Source: Convolutriloba macropyga (lineage: Eukaryota). From it: a stretch of 64,000 nucleotides of DNA. Each line of letters starts with the position of its first letter. Position 1 is the stretch's first letter. The notes beneath the pieces are model-generated. The model was not told the origin of the DNA, ran no database searches, and was given only the letters and a program-made list of their open reading frames with translations. The stretch is taken from contig NC_134471.1 in NCBI RefSeq assembly GCF_964194025.1, forward strand, positions 62,434,001 through 62,498,000. Direction: 5' to 3'. Positions 1 to 12,700 of the stretch are shown one piece after another. Made by a program: the position numbers and the translations under genes.

Positions 1-383
1 CTCTTCGAATTAGGTCAAATTTTTCGGCAGCACTTGATCGAAGAAGAAGCCGTAAAAATTAAGATCCAGGGAAATATAAAATAATAATGGTACATAAACA
101 GGAGACAGTTGTCTTTTTGGACCGGCCAGTGCTTTTTGACAGTTATTAACTGATTGAAGCCAACGGTTGACTAAAATCGGAACTATTTTCCATTTTCCCA
201 CAAGTGCATTTACTGACCCAAGCTACAAAACATGCGATATTGTATATAGCGCAGTCCCATGTAAACAATAGCACGTGCACCTAAAGGGCGTGAACACCTA
301 ATGCGCACTAAAGTGCCAGAGGTTTGGATAAGAAAAAAATTCGCGAGAACTAGCAACTTGTGTCAAAAAGGAAAAAAAAGTAG

Positions 384-552
384 GGATCTATTCTGTTTCG
401 GATCTATTCGGGTGTGTTTTACGCCCCCCAGTTACAAATTATATGTTGTTATATAGCACGTTACTATGTAAGAAAATTGCACGTGCGCCTGGGGGGGGGG
501 GCGTAAAAAATATAAGCCCACTAAGCTGGGGGGGCCGAAACAGAATAGATCC
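384..552. mobile_element. 169-bp MITE with 18-bp perfect TIRs and an 8-bp TSD (Merlin-like termini)
   Basis: TIRs GGATCTATTCTGTTTCGG (384-401) and CCGAAACAGAATAGATCC (535-552), flanked by identical AAAAGTAG at 376-383 and 553-560. GG termini with an 8-bp TSD fit Merlin/IS1016; hAT and P also make 8-bp TSDs. Confidence 0.85.
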
Positions 553-599
553 AAAAGTAGTTTAATGAACATAATTTGCTGACGTCCTTATCGAAAAGT

Positions 600-1450
600 G
601 TCTAATGACTCATCAAGTCAGTATTATTGGAGAGTTGATAGAACAGAAAGCAGCATTATTAGATTGCTAACACGGGTTATTTTAGTGTTAATTGACAAGT
701 TTTGCTCGCGATACCCAGAAGGTAATTATCAATCCAACTAGAATTCGCTCAGTTATTTTTTTGTGAAAGGACACGTTACGAATAGGCACCCTAATAGTGA
801 GGTAAATATACTACAAGGGGGACATGGTGGGAAGGACCCAAGTATGCATCGAGTTAAATCTCATTGAGTCAGCCTGGTATAATATCCTTGCATGTGATAC
901 TCACATCAAAGGGATCTGTGTTTTTCTTCCCGCAACGTTTTGTCACTTCAACAGCCTCCTGCATGTCCGCATAATGCAATTTGAGAGCATAATCCAAATT
1001 TTCCGTATCATGACTGCTTACGGGCATTCCTTAAAAGGAACATCAATAAATTATGTTTATCAATAAATTATGTTTATAGTTGGAACAAAAACATCCTCGT
1101 TGTATGTTGTTATGAATATCGCCATGCGGCTTTTATCGCCTCGAACAAGTTTTCATGCTCTGGGGCGGAACTGAGCTGTTGAATATCTTCGAGAGGGTGA
1201 AAATAACGTGTAATGTTTTTAAAATGTAGTCAGCTTTTGCCACCACTCTTTTCCCGCCACACATCATACAACAATAATGCCAAAAGGAGTGGCGTAAAGA
1301 AGATAGTCTTATCCCAAACCAGAATTCGACAGTTAGCATCTGGGAACTGCATTATCTGCTATATTGTAAATTACCGTTGCACTACCAGTTTGCTTTATGA
1401 CTAATTGCTTTTCTAAGTATTTTCAATATCAAACTGGACGGAGTTTAATA
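600..1450 (-). mobile_element. Highly decayed BEL/Pao pol fragment (pre-integrase and integrase N-terminal region)
   Basis: Frameshifted minus-strand traces resembling the Pao 'SPF...GR...KHP' and 'FWI...C..CR' segments; weak and heavily interrupted. Confidence 0.35.
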
Positions 1451-2149
1451 CAGATTGAACAATGCGGGTTCTCTTAATGTAAACTTGTTCAATCCGACAT
1501 GAAAACAAATCAAAGAAAAAGATAAATATCTAAGACCTGTTTTGCATAAGTATTTTAACTTAAAAATAGGTTGTGTTCAGTTCTTTGTACTCAAAAATTG
1601 AAATACCAGAGGCTGCAGTCTCAAAAGTTGAATCGCAGCTCAGACAATTTGTAGAAAGAGAACTCAGTAACAAACACTTTACTGCTCAAGAAAAATTTTC
1701 ATTTGTTGCTCAAAAATTTAGCTTCAAAGCCAATATATGTCCTTTCATCCGATAGGAAGATGTAACGTGTTCCGACTGATGTGTTGAGAGTTCTTCAAGT
1801 TCTTTATATACACTGATCCTCCCTCTGTTCATTTGAATTCTCAACTGTTGGTTAACTCAAGATGACGACAGAAAAACGTTACTTTCCATGCAAAATTGAC
1901 ATCATTAATTGTTTTTAACCATATTGAATATCCACCGAATGTTCCAGATTCACGTCAGAAATTTGGTGAAAAATTGACGCAATAAATAGTTTTTAAAACA
2001 ATAACGTAAACCAACGTTTTTGCGTGACAATATATGTCGACCTAATTTATAGCAGAATTTCTATGTACAATAACAGTGGATATTTTAGTTAAAATTGGCC
2101 TTCACACTGCCAGCTCTGTTTTCGAACTTGCACAAAATATTTTTGTTTG

Positions 2150-5100
2150 ATAGTACAAGAGGGAGCTTTACATCTGGTCTTTTGTAGACTCCATAGTTCG
2201 TTCGATCTTTCGTTGATCGAATCACACCATCAGATCCTCCAAGGCTCTCCTTAAGTCGACCAAATTTAAAACACCCTCACGTATCACTATTCTCAATCAA
2301 CCAAACGAGTGGGGTTTTTTTTAGATTTTTGTTTAGTGTAGATCACCACTTCGGCAGATTACTCGAAGTTTACAGAAATCTATCCCAAAGGAAATTTACA
2401 TAAAGTAGAGTTTGACAAAGAAAAATGTCGACAATTGACGCACCCTTCATCGCATAGTAGATAGGGTAGGCAAACAATCATGTTGCTAAACAAATTGTGA
2501 TTGGGAATCAATGCTTCCACGTCAATTACATTCGTCTATTGTAAGTGACCTTGCGCTGAACGTCAGTTCAACAAGACACATCATAGTTGGAACAGCATCC
2601 TCTGTGACCAACCTCTTCCATACTCTTTGAAGAAATGTAGCTGTCCGTGGATTGAACTTTCTTTAACTCCTCGTTGAATTAGATGTTGTGCCATCTCCAC
2701 TTTAGCCCACGCCGCAGAAAACTGTGCAAAAAATTCTTGCTAAGCTGCATCAAAGATTCTTCCATTGTCAGTGATCATTGTTTAGGCTTTCTGTGCATTA
2801 AACCGATTAATTGCAAAAGAGAAATTTCTGTATTCAACTAAGGCACAGCCTCTACATGTACCGCCCTCACCGTTTGACCGCCCTCACCACCCATGTAAAC
2901 AGACAAAACCATTTTTTTATCTTTCTCTCGGCCAATCTTCTTAGTAAAAGGCCCAAAGCAGTCTACCCCATTTATTGTCAAAACTATTGAATACCCTTTG
3001 AGCTCTGCTTTTTCTTCAGTTAACACACTTGTTCACGACTGAACGTCGGAACTTTTGTCTGCCCAGGTTCCGCAACTTTTCATGTTCAGTTTTCTTTACC
3101 TGCTAAGTGCCTTCCAGCTGATTATCTTCGTTCTCAATTTGCAGGACTAACTCAAAAGATTGATTAACCCCGTGCATCAAATTTTAATTACAATGCTTTG
3201 TAATGAATTCCAATAGGATTCTACTTATTCCACTTTTGGCGCGAATTTGTACTTTTTTGTCAAGAAAGGGTTCAAGCTCTTGGATTCTACTGCTTTTCCG
3301 AATTTTTTTCAGCTTCTAGGAACTTCATCTCCTCGGCAAATTGTTTTTGCTGTTCCAACTTCAACATGATTGCTCTTCTTTTTTCTCGTTTCCACTGCTA
3401 CAATAATTATTGTTGGTTTATGTTTGCTCAATTTTTGAATAAATCTTGCCACTGTATTCACTAGCATGTTAACATTTTTGATTTGTTACCATTGAAAGGA
3501 AAACTCTGTTTGTTAGCAGGTGCCAACAAGACTGATGCAGAAATGTACTCTTCAACTGAGGCAACCTAAGTCTCATGTGCTCTGGTTATCCACTTTATGG
3601 TCGCTCTAACAGGCCGGCCCAGATTGCCACTTGCAGTGAGCAGAAACATCAATTGCAGGTAGTGTCTCAGCCACCCGATTGACTACAAATAATTGATGCT
3701 TGCAAGGAGAGCTGTGTTTCCGCTGCAGTGTTCTAGTATATTCTGCTCAATAACTGCTTCTTTCCAGGTAAAGTTTTTTGGCTATCCGCCCTTTTAACGG
3801 ACTGCCATTGCTGAAATTTCAAGCATGGTATTGAAAGAGGTCTCAATTGTGCCACTCCTGGGCCATTCCTGATTACAATTACTGATTCATTCCCACTAAA
3901 AAAGTTTCTTCTTTAGGCTCTTGCCGTGACGACTGACGCGGATATGTCTTCCTCATACAAAGCAAGAAATAGGTGCACTAGCTTTGGCCATTCACTTTCT
4001 TGTCACATCGTCCAGACCGGCCCCGTGAGCCATTTGCAGTGAGCAGAAACATCAGTTGTATCCAGTGTCTTAAGTTTTAGTTTAACTATAAACTCTTGTT
4101 GCTTGCGATGGGATTTGTGTATCTACAGTAGGGCTTTATTTGAGTCAACCCAATAACAACTTTTTTAATTGCATCTCATGTTCCTTGACTATCTAACTTT
4201 CAAACTGACTGCCATTACTGCCACTAGCAGTTCCAAGCGTTTTATTGAAAGATGTTGGATCAGTTCCACTCTGCGTTGTCACATGACCAAAAACTAAGTC
4301 GGCTGATAGGTGTTTTATATGAGACCGTGGATAGGATTTTGCGAAAATCGTCTGTTCTTATGCCTGAGCAAACACAAAAAGTTCTTCTTTGTACTTTACT
4401 GCATTGAACATACTTCTATTGACTGCCACAGACTGGGTATTGATCTGTCCAGCTAAAGATTTTCGCTGAAAATCCCCTTCGTTGTCTCAATGCAGTCCTT
4501 TCGTAGTCCAGAAGTCCTAAATAAGTCGTCTTATAGGATCACTAAACAGAGCAAACAGTCCAATTGTGTCAAATAATGACCATATTGAGTACCTCTGAGA
4601 TATGGTGTTTCAACCTGTTTTTGGCACCGCTACATTCCTAGAGAGACACTCTCATCATTGACAGTCAATTGTACTCAAGCAGTGAAGATCCTTTCATATT
4701 GGGTGCCATGTTAACCTGCTTGTTGTTGCATACCGATATGTAGGCTTCTGGGACTTCTTCAGACACCTCGCTGTTGTTTTTTCAAATTCTAGGGTCAAAT
4801 ACATGTTGCGAGAGAAGGGGTAGTACCTGAATAAAAACTTAAATGGCTTCTTCTGGGGCTTCTACCGGTTTGATGCAACCTTCCACGTAAATGTTGTTTC
4901 ATATTTTTTTTTCGTGGAAGTAGGATAGATTTTTTGATTATTGGTTCCTGAACAGTTCTTACTGGCCGTAGAAAACTCAAGCTAATTCTATCTCGCTCGA
5001 GAACTTGCACATAGTGAAACATCGATTCAATATCAGCTGTCAGGGCTTTAGTTTCTTCATGAAATATGAACATTCTTCCAGTCAACCCATGTAGCTGATC

Positions 5101-8100
5101 AAGTTTCGCTAATAACTTGTTCCTAAGGCAAACGGCTGTGTATTTTGAAGCTGCATTTCAGAAGTTTCTCAATTTTCTAGGTTTTTCTGGTCGCGTTTAG
5201 CTCAGATGGCGTGACAGACACCATTATTTTTCAAACGCACATTTCTGACACGTTAGTCTCTGGTTCATTCCAAAGCGTTGTATCGCTTGCCCATAAATGT
5301 TGTTGTACTCTCTAGCAACTTCTGTAACTGCAGTTGCATTTTATTGTGACTGAAGACGTTGATTTTGGAAGCATAGTTTTCAATTTTCCACCGTGCTTGG
5401 ATTTCCCCAGCAACTTCAACTCAATTGTGCAGGCAAAATGACGAAATTTTTTCCCCTTCATAGGTACACTATCTACCCCTCGTAGCTCTGTTAGGATAAC
5501 GGAATGGCAATTTCATGCCCCTGACTTGTGTTAACATTGGGGTTGCAGCACATAGGCTTCTTGACCAAGCAAGATGCCACCTTTCTTTAAGTTGAGGTTT
5601 TTTTGCAGGAAAATTTCAATAGTTAAAACTTTGCTTCAGCTTCGCTTAGTTGTAGTTTGTGTTTCTGATTGACGCGATTTACGTTTGTGCAGATGCCTTG
5701 GTTGAATGTTCTTTTTATGTAGTCCTTTTATTTTGAGAGGAACTGTTTCGGTCTTCAGATCTTTTATTTTTTGTATGCCAGCTATGTTGAGACCAACATC
5801 GGTGCCTTGGACACTGCCTTGGAACTTTCCTTGCAAGCTTTGTAGGTGCAAGAAAAGTTCCAATGTATTCACCAGTCATTGGGTTCGCTTACCATTGTAT
5901 TCACTAGCCTGCTAAATTTACTGATTCGTTCCCAGAGAACAAAGCCTTTGTAGTTTGTCATCAGGACTGATGCGGGACTTATGTATTCTTCATTTGAGGC
6001 AAGACTGGGTTCAATTGCTCTGGTCATTCACTTTCTGGTTGCTTCAAACAGGCCAAACCTGCTTGCCACTTGCAATGAGCAGATTCACTAGTTGCCTCCA
6101 GTGTCTCAGCCACGCAATTGACTACAAAAATTTGATGCTTGCGATGAGAGCTGTGTATCCACCGCATTATTCTAGTGGAGTCTACTCAATAACTCCATTT
6201 GCTTCTTTCCAGGTAATGTTCTTTGGCTTTCCGTCCATTTAACGGACTGTCGTTACTGCAGCTCGAAACTCCAAGTGTGGTATTGAAAAAGGTCTCAATT
6301 GTGCTACTCTTCGTCAATGCCTGCCTAAATATCCAATTATAATCTCTGTTAAAATTACTTATTACTTCCAACTGAAAAAAACTTTCTTCTATAAGTTTTG
6401 CCATGAACACTGACGCCGATATGGTTCTTCATACGACTATGTGCACTAACTATGGTCGTTCGGTTTTTGGTTACATAATCCAGGCGGACCCAGTGAGCTA
6501 GTTGCAGTGAGCAGACGCATCAGTTGTATCCAGTATTGTAACCATTAGATTGAATACAAACTCATGTTGCTTGCGGTGAAATTCGTGTATCTACTGTAGT
6601 GCTGTAATTGAATCAAGCTAATAACTACATTTTCTTATTTGCATTTCATTTTCCTTGGCTATCTGTTTTTTCAACCGGACTGCTATTATTGCTACTAGCG
6701 ACTCAAGGTTCTTGTTGAAAGAGGTCGCATCAGTGCCACTCTGCATTGTCACATGGGAAAAACTAAATGGGCGGAGTAGTGTTTTGGTTGACAGCGTAGA
6801 TATGCGTTGGCAAACATTGTATGTTCTTATTGTTGAGCCAAAACAAAAAATTTTTCTTTGTCCTTTACTGCATTGAATGTACTTCAAATGACTCCTAAGG
6901 ACTGGGTACTGATCTTTCCAATTCAAAATTTTTGCTGCATCACAAAGCTTAACTTTTTTGTCCCAATGCTGTCCTTTCTTATTCCAGATGCTTTTAAGAG
7001 GTCGTCCTATAGGAACACGGAACAGAGCAAACAATCCAGTAGGGCCAAAAACTGAACATATTGGTGACCTCTGAGGTATGGGCGTTTCAAACTATTTTGT
7101 TTGCACCTCTGAATTCCTAGTGAGATACTTTTATCATTAGCAGTCAACTGTATTCAAGCAATGAAGATCCCTCCATATTGGGTGCCCATTCGACCTACTT
7201 GTTGCTGCTGACCGATATCTAGTCTTCTGGGATTGCTACAGACACCTCGGATTCAGCTTGGTTTCAACTTGCTTCAGCTTGGTTTAGTCATTGTTTGTCT
7301 TTCGGAACGCAATTGATGGTTGTGCAAATGCCTCCAATGTTATTCTTAAGGTAGTTACTTTATATTGAGAGGAACTGTTCCTTTCTTCAGATCCTTCTTT
7401 TCGTGTATGCCCGCTATATTGAGACCAACATCGGTACCTAGGACATGGCGTTGGATTTTCATTTGCAGACTTTGATAGATGATGGAATCTTCTGGTCCAT
7501 TATCGAGGAAAAAATATGTGTTCAGCTTGTTACCACCGCTCTATATTGCGACGAGAACAATCAGAAAAATTTTATAATTTATCTACTATGGTCAATTGTT
7601 GCTGCGCTAACTTTGACTGGATTGTTTTTTTTCTGAGAGCAGCATTCTAATGCACTTCTCTGTACATCCATATATAATGCGCGCGTTGAATTAAAAATCT
7701 TTCTGTGAAAATCCTTTAACTAAGCAGTTGTCTTTGAAGCCTTCCTTCCTAACTGCTGCATACCGATCATTCACAATCTTGTTCTTGAATAATGGACAAT
7801 TCCTATTTTAATTAGTTCCATCAGCTTGCGGATAGTGATCGCTCTGCATTTGTTTCGCTTCTTTCACATTTGAGCTGGTATTGAAGCTCGATATCGTCGA
7901 GTTCTTCTTGGATTGTGTTTCTTCAGTGTTTTCCTGTTGCAAGGGATGCAACCCTTCAAGCAAGAATGCCATTTTTTCTAACATTTTTCCATGCCGAACC
8001 AGATCAGGCCAGTGTTCACCATTTTCGTCAAAAGGAGGCACCACATATTTTTGAGTTAACTCACCTACCGTTATATGTAAAGACGAGCTTGATTGCAGAT

Positions 8101-8500
8101 CGACTACCTGTGAGTACTCTTTGAGTATGTTTACAACGTTAAACACAGTGAATGATTTTTGATTGACTGAGGTTTGATTGACTGACCTTTGCGAAGACTC
8201 TTCACTTGAGCGTTGATGATCAGATGAAGAAATCAAAGTTTACTCTCCAGAATGCTCCTGATAGCACCATGGAACTGTCCAAAATAACAGACCCCAGATA
8301 TTGCTCACTTTGCCGTGTCCGTCAGAATAAATTTATCGTGGTGTATTATTCGTTGATCAACTATAGCATTGAGCGCTCAAGCCCAATCCGGTCACTGTCG
8401 AGGATTTTCATCAAAGTTTTTTGTTTCATTTTTGAAAGGTTACTGCTACCAGAATAACCATTGGTGTGTCGCAAAACAGTTACTGGGAATGCGTTTCCAT
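2150..8500 (-). mobile_element. Decayed BEL/Pao LTR retrotransposon (gag-PR-RT-RNase H-IN) with internal tandem duplications
   Basis: Minus-strand motifs: Gag 'LTDTAK*AISG..YFGQFHGAIRSILE..IINAQVKSLRK', 'VNILKEY..DLQSSS', 'WPDL' (~8400-7950). Protease 'NTYFFLDNG' (~7520). RT 'KALTADIESMF..VQV' (~5050). RNase H region 'FALF...LKSIW..GQHWD' and 'RLELLVAVMAV'; 'KWLTGPVW..SEWP'. Integrase 'GVDCFGPF..IGR..VRAVHVE' (2838-3026) and 'VWKRLV'. C-terminal 'GVYKRP' (~2180). Many stops and frameshifts; no LTR recognised. Confidence 0.85.
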
Positions 8501-9469
8501 TTAAATCGATTGACGAACAAGGGCGTGAATTTCGATTCCGTGAGAAGCGACTATGCTTGTTTGGTTCAGGGCTTGCATAAAATTGAAACCGGGACCTTTT
8601 GGGCTTTGGTGAGCTTGTTACACCGCAGGACCAAACAGATGAATCTGTATTCCAAGGGCTCCAGTTGATGATTGATTAGCATACTCAATAGTGGACTGGG
8701 AATGAGCTTCATCTTTTTATGTAGAGCCGCATTTTTTATTTCGCGGCTTTTTTCCAAGCAGTTCGAGAAAAAATCATTGAGTTCGAAGTTATTTTCTGCA
8801 GTGTTGAACAACAAGCTTTGAATGTTTTAAAATTTTGGAACTGATATATAAAACACAAGCACTATAGAGAAACTAGTACTGCGGAGAACTATGTCCTTTA
8901 AAACCTGCTTGTGAGTGTTCTAACAAAGCAACCATGCCTCGACTAGTTAAAATGCGTACATGTAGAGACTATAACAAGAAAGACTCTCAGTCACAATCAA
9001 ATCACCTCTTTAACTGTTGTTCCACTATCATTCAATTTTCCAATGAGCTGCAGGTTTTCTGATTGACGTGCGACATTTGCTACCAAAACACCGTGCTTCT
9101 GTATGTCCTAAATTTTAATCTAAAATATAAATTCTTTATGCAATTTTATTATTTCAAAATGCTCCTCACTAATGAAGTTTTGCTTGAGTCCTATTTGCTA
9201 ACTATCTTTAAAAAATAATAATATGAACTGGACTCAAAAAGACCCAACGGGGCTCAGACTATAACGATCACTACTGTATGAGATGAATAATGGTGAACCA
9301 TTGGTTTTCACCGCGTTCTCAGTTTTCTTATAAAAAAATTTTCTTACTTGGGTTTTAACCTGTTACCTCTTGTGTGCCTTCAACTTCCTATTCCACTGCA
9401 TCAACTGTCACCTAATTCTTTGATACTTCTCGTGAATATAAATCAGATTCAATAAACGTTGGAAAGCAC

Positions 9470-9770
9470 ATGCTGTGAATTTTTGTTAGAAATGTATTGA
9501 ATTTTGCGTTGAATGTTTGTACGAAATGCGATGAAATGAGGTGAATTTTTTTCACCGCCTTCACACAATTTCTTACATTAACTTACCGCAAAAGTTCACG
9601 TGGTGAGTTCTTGCAAGAAATACGGTGAATTTCGGGGTGAATTTTTTAAAGAAATGCGTTGAAATGCGGTGGAAATTTTTTTCTTCGCATTCACAACAAT
9701 CACCGCATTTCTTACAAAAATTCACCGCATTCAACTCATTTCTTACAAAATTTCACCCACAAACCTCGGC
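9470..9770. repeat. Palindromic MITE-like element built from GCGGTGAA/TTCACCGC motifs (copy 1)
   Basis: Alternating direct and inverted GCGGTGAA and TTCACCGCATTTCTTAC motifs, ending in aaacctcggc; homologous to 14945-15171. Confidence 0.7.
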
Positions 9771-9777
9771 TTACCGT

Positions 9778-12700
9778 CCAGGATGAAGTTACCGACTCAT
9801 GACAGGTATCGGCCAGACTGACATGTGGATATTGGCCAGCCAAACGGACCGAAATATGAGTATTGGCAAGAACGAACAGACCGAAAGGTGAGTACTGGCT
9901 TCAATGAACAGAGCAAAATATGTTTTTTGGCCAGACAGAAGAGAATAAAAAGACCAAAAAGTTGTCATTGGCCAGACCGAACAGACCGAAATGTTGGTTT
10001 CGGCCAGAACGAAAAGACCGAATTGTGAGTACTGGCTAGACCAAACAGAGCGACATATGGGTGTTGGCAAGAGTGAACAGACCGAAATGTGGGTTTTGGC
10101 CAGAAAGAACAGACCGAAATGTGGGTATTGGCAAGAAAGAACCGACCGAAATGTGGGTAATGTCTAGATCGAACAGAGCGAAATATGGGTACTGGCCATA
10201 CTGGAGAGACCGAGATGCAGTTATTTGCTAGACCGACCAGAGACAAATATGGTTATTGGCCAGACTGAACAGACAGAAGTGTCGGTATTGACCAGACTGA
10301 ACAGACCGAAATGTGGGTATTGGCAAGAAAGAATCGACCGAAATGTGGGTACTGTCTAGGTCGAACAGAGCGAAATATGGGTACTGGCCAGAAAGAACAG
10401 ACCAAAATGTGGGTAGTGGCCATACTGGAGAGACCGAGATGCAGTTATTTGCTAGACCGACCAGAGACAAACATGGTTATTGGCCAGACTGAACAGACAG
10501 AAGTGTCGGTATTGACCAGACCGAACAGACCGAAATGTGGGTATTGTCAAGAAAGAACCGACCGAAATGTGGGTACTGTCTAGGTCGAACAGAGCGAAAT
10601 ATGGGTATTGGCCAGAAAGAACAGACCAAAATGTGGGTAGTGGCCATACTGGAGAGACCGAAATGTGGATATTCGCTAGACCGAACAGAGCGAAATATTG
10701 ATATTGGCCAGAAAGAACAGACCTAAATGTGGGTACTGTCTAGGCCGAAGAGAGCGAAGTATGGGTACTGGCTATATTGGAGAGACCAAGATGCGGTTAT
10801 TCGCTAGACCGAACAGAGCGAAATATGGGTATTGGCCAGAAAGAACAGACCTAGATGTAGGTACTTTCTAAGCCAAACAGAGCGAAAAATGGGTACTGGC
10901 CATACTGGAGAGACCGAAATGCGGTTATTCGCTAGACCGAACAGACCGAATTGTGGGTATTGGCCAGAAAGAACCGACTGAAATGTGGGTACTGTCCAGG
11001 CAGAAAAGAGTGAAATATGGGTACTGGCCATACAGGAGAGACCGAAATGCAGATATTCGCTAGACCGAACAGAGCTAAATATGGGTATTGGCCAGAAAGA
11101 ACAGACCGAAATGTGGATACTGTCTAGGCGGAACAGAGCAAAATATGGGTACTGGTCATACTGGAGAGACCGAAATGCGGATTTTCGCTAGACCGAACAG
11201 ACCGAAATGTGGATACTGTCCAGGCAGAAAAGAGTGAAATATTGGTACTGGCCATACAGGAGAGACCGAAATGCAGATATTCGCTAGACCGAACAGAGCT
11301 AAATATGGGTATTGGCCAGAACGAACAGACTGAAATTTGGGTACTGGCTAGACTGAACAGAGCGAAATATGGTTATTGGCCAGACTGAACAGACCAAATT
11401 GTGGGTATTGGCCAGAAAGAACAGACCGAAATGCGGGTATTGGCCAGAAAGAACCGACCGAAATCTGGGTACTGTCTAGGTCGAACAGAGCGAAATATGA
11501 CCATTGGTCAGAAAGAAAAGACCAAAATATGGTAGTGGCCATACTGGAGAGACCAAAATGCGGATATTCGCTAGATCGAACAGAGCGAAATATGGGTATT
11601 GGAAAGAAAGAACATACCTAAATGTGGGTACTGTCTAGGCCAAACAGAGCGAAATATGGGTACTGGCCATACTGGAGAGACCGAAATGCGGTTATTCGCT
11701 AGACCGAACAGAGCAAATTGTGGGTATTGGCCAGAAAGAACCGACTGAAATGTTGGTACTGTCCAGGCAGAAAAGAGTGAAATATGGGTACTGGCCATAC
11801 AGGAGAGACCGAAATGCAGATATTCGCTAGACCGAACAGAGCGAAATAAGGGTATTGGCCAGAAAGAACAAACCTAAATGTGGGTACTGTCTAGGCCGAA
11901 GAGAGCGAAATATGGGTACTGGCTATACTGGAGAGACCAAGATGCGGTTATTCGCTAGAACGAACAGAGCGAAATATGGGTATTGGCCAGAAAAAACAGA
12001 CCTAAATGTGGGTACTTTCTAAGCCGAACAGAGCGAAATATGGGTACTGGCCATACTGGAGAGACCGAAATGCGGTTATTCGCTAGACCGAACAGACCGA
12101 ATTGTGGGTATTGGCCAGAAAGAACCGACTGAAATGTGGGTACTGTCCAGGCAGAAAAGAGTGAAATATGGGTACTGGCCATACAAGAGAGACCGAAAAG
12201 CAGATATTCGCTAGACCGAACAGAGCTAAATATGGGTATTGGCCAGAAAGAACAGACCGAAATGTGGATACTGTCTAGGCGGAACAGAGCAAAATATGGG
12301 TACTGGTCATACTGGAGAGACCGAAATGCGGATTTTCGCTAGACCGAACAGACCGAAATGTGGGTATTGGCCGGAAAGAACAGACTGAAATTTGGGTACT
12401 GGCTAGACTGAACAGAGCGAAATATGGTTATTGGCCAGACTGAACAGACCAAAATGGTGATACTGATTAGACCGAACAGAGTCAAATATGGGTATTGACC
12501 AGACTGAACAGACCGACTTGTCGGTATTGGCCAGAACGAACAGACCGAATTGTGGGTACTGGCTAGACCAAACAGAGCGACATAAGGGTGTTGGCCAGAG
12601 TGAACAGACCGAAATGTGGGTATTGGCCAGAAAGAACAGACCGAAATGTGGGTATTGGCAAGAAAGAACCGACCGAAATATGGGTACTGTCTAGGTCGAA

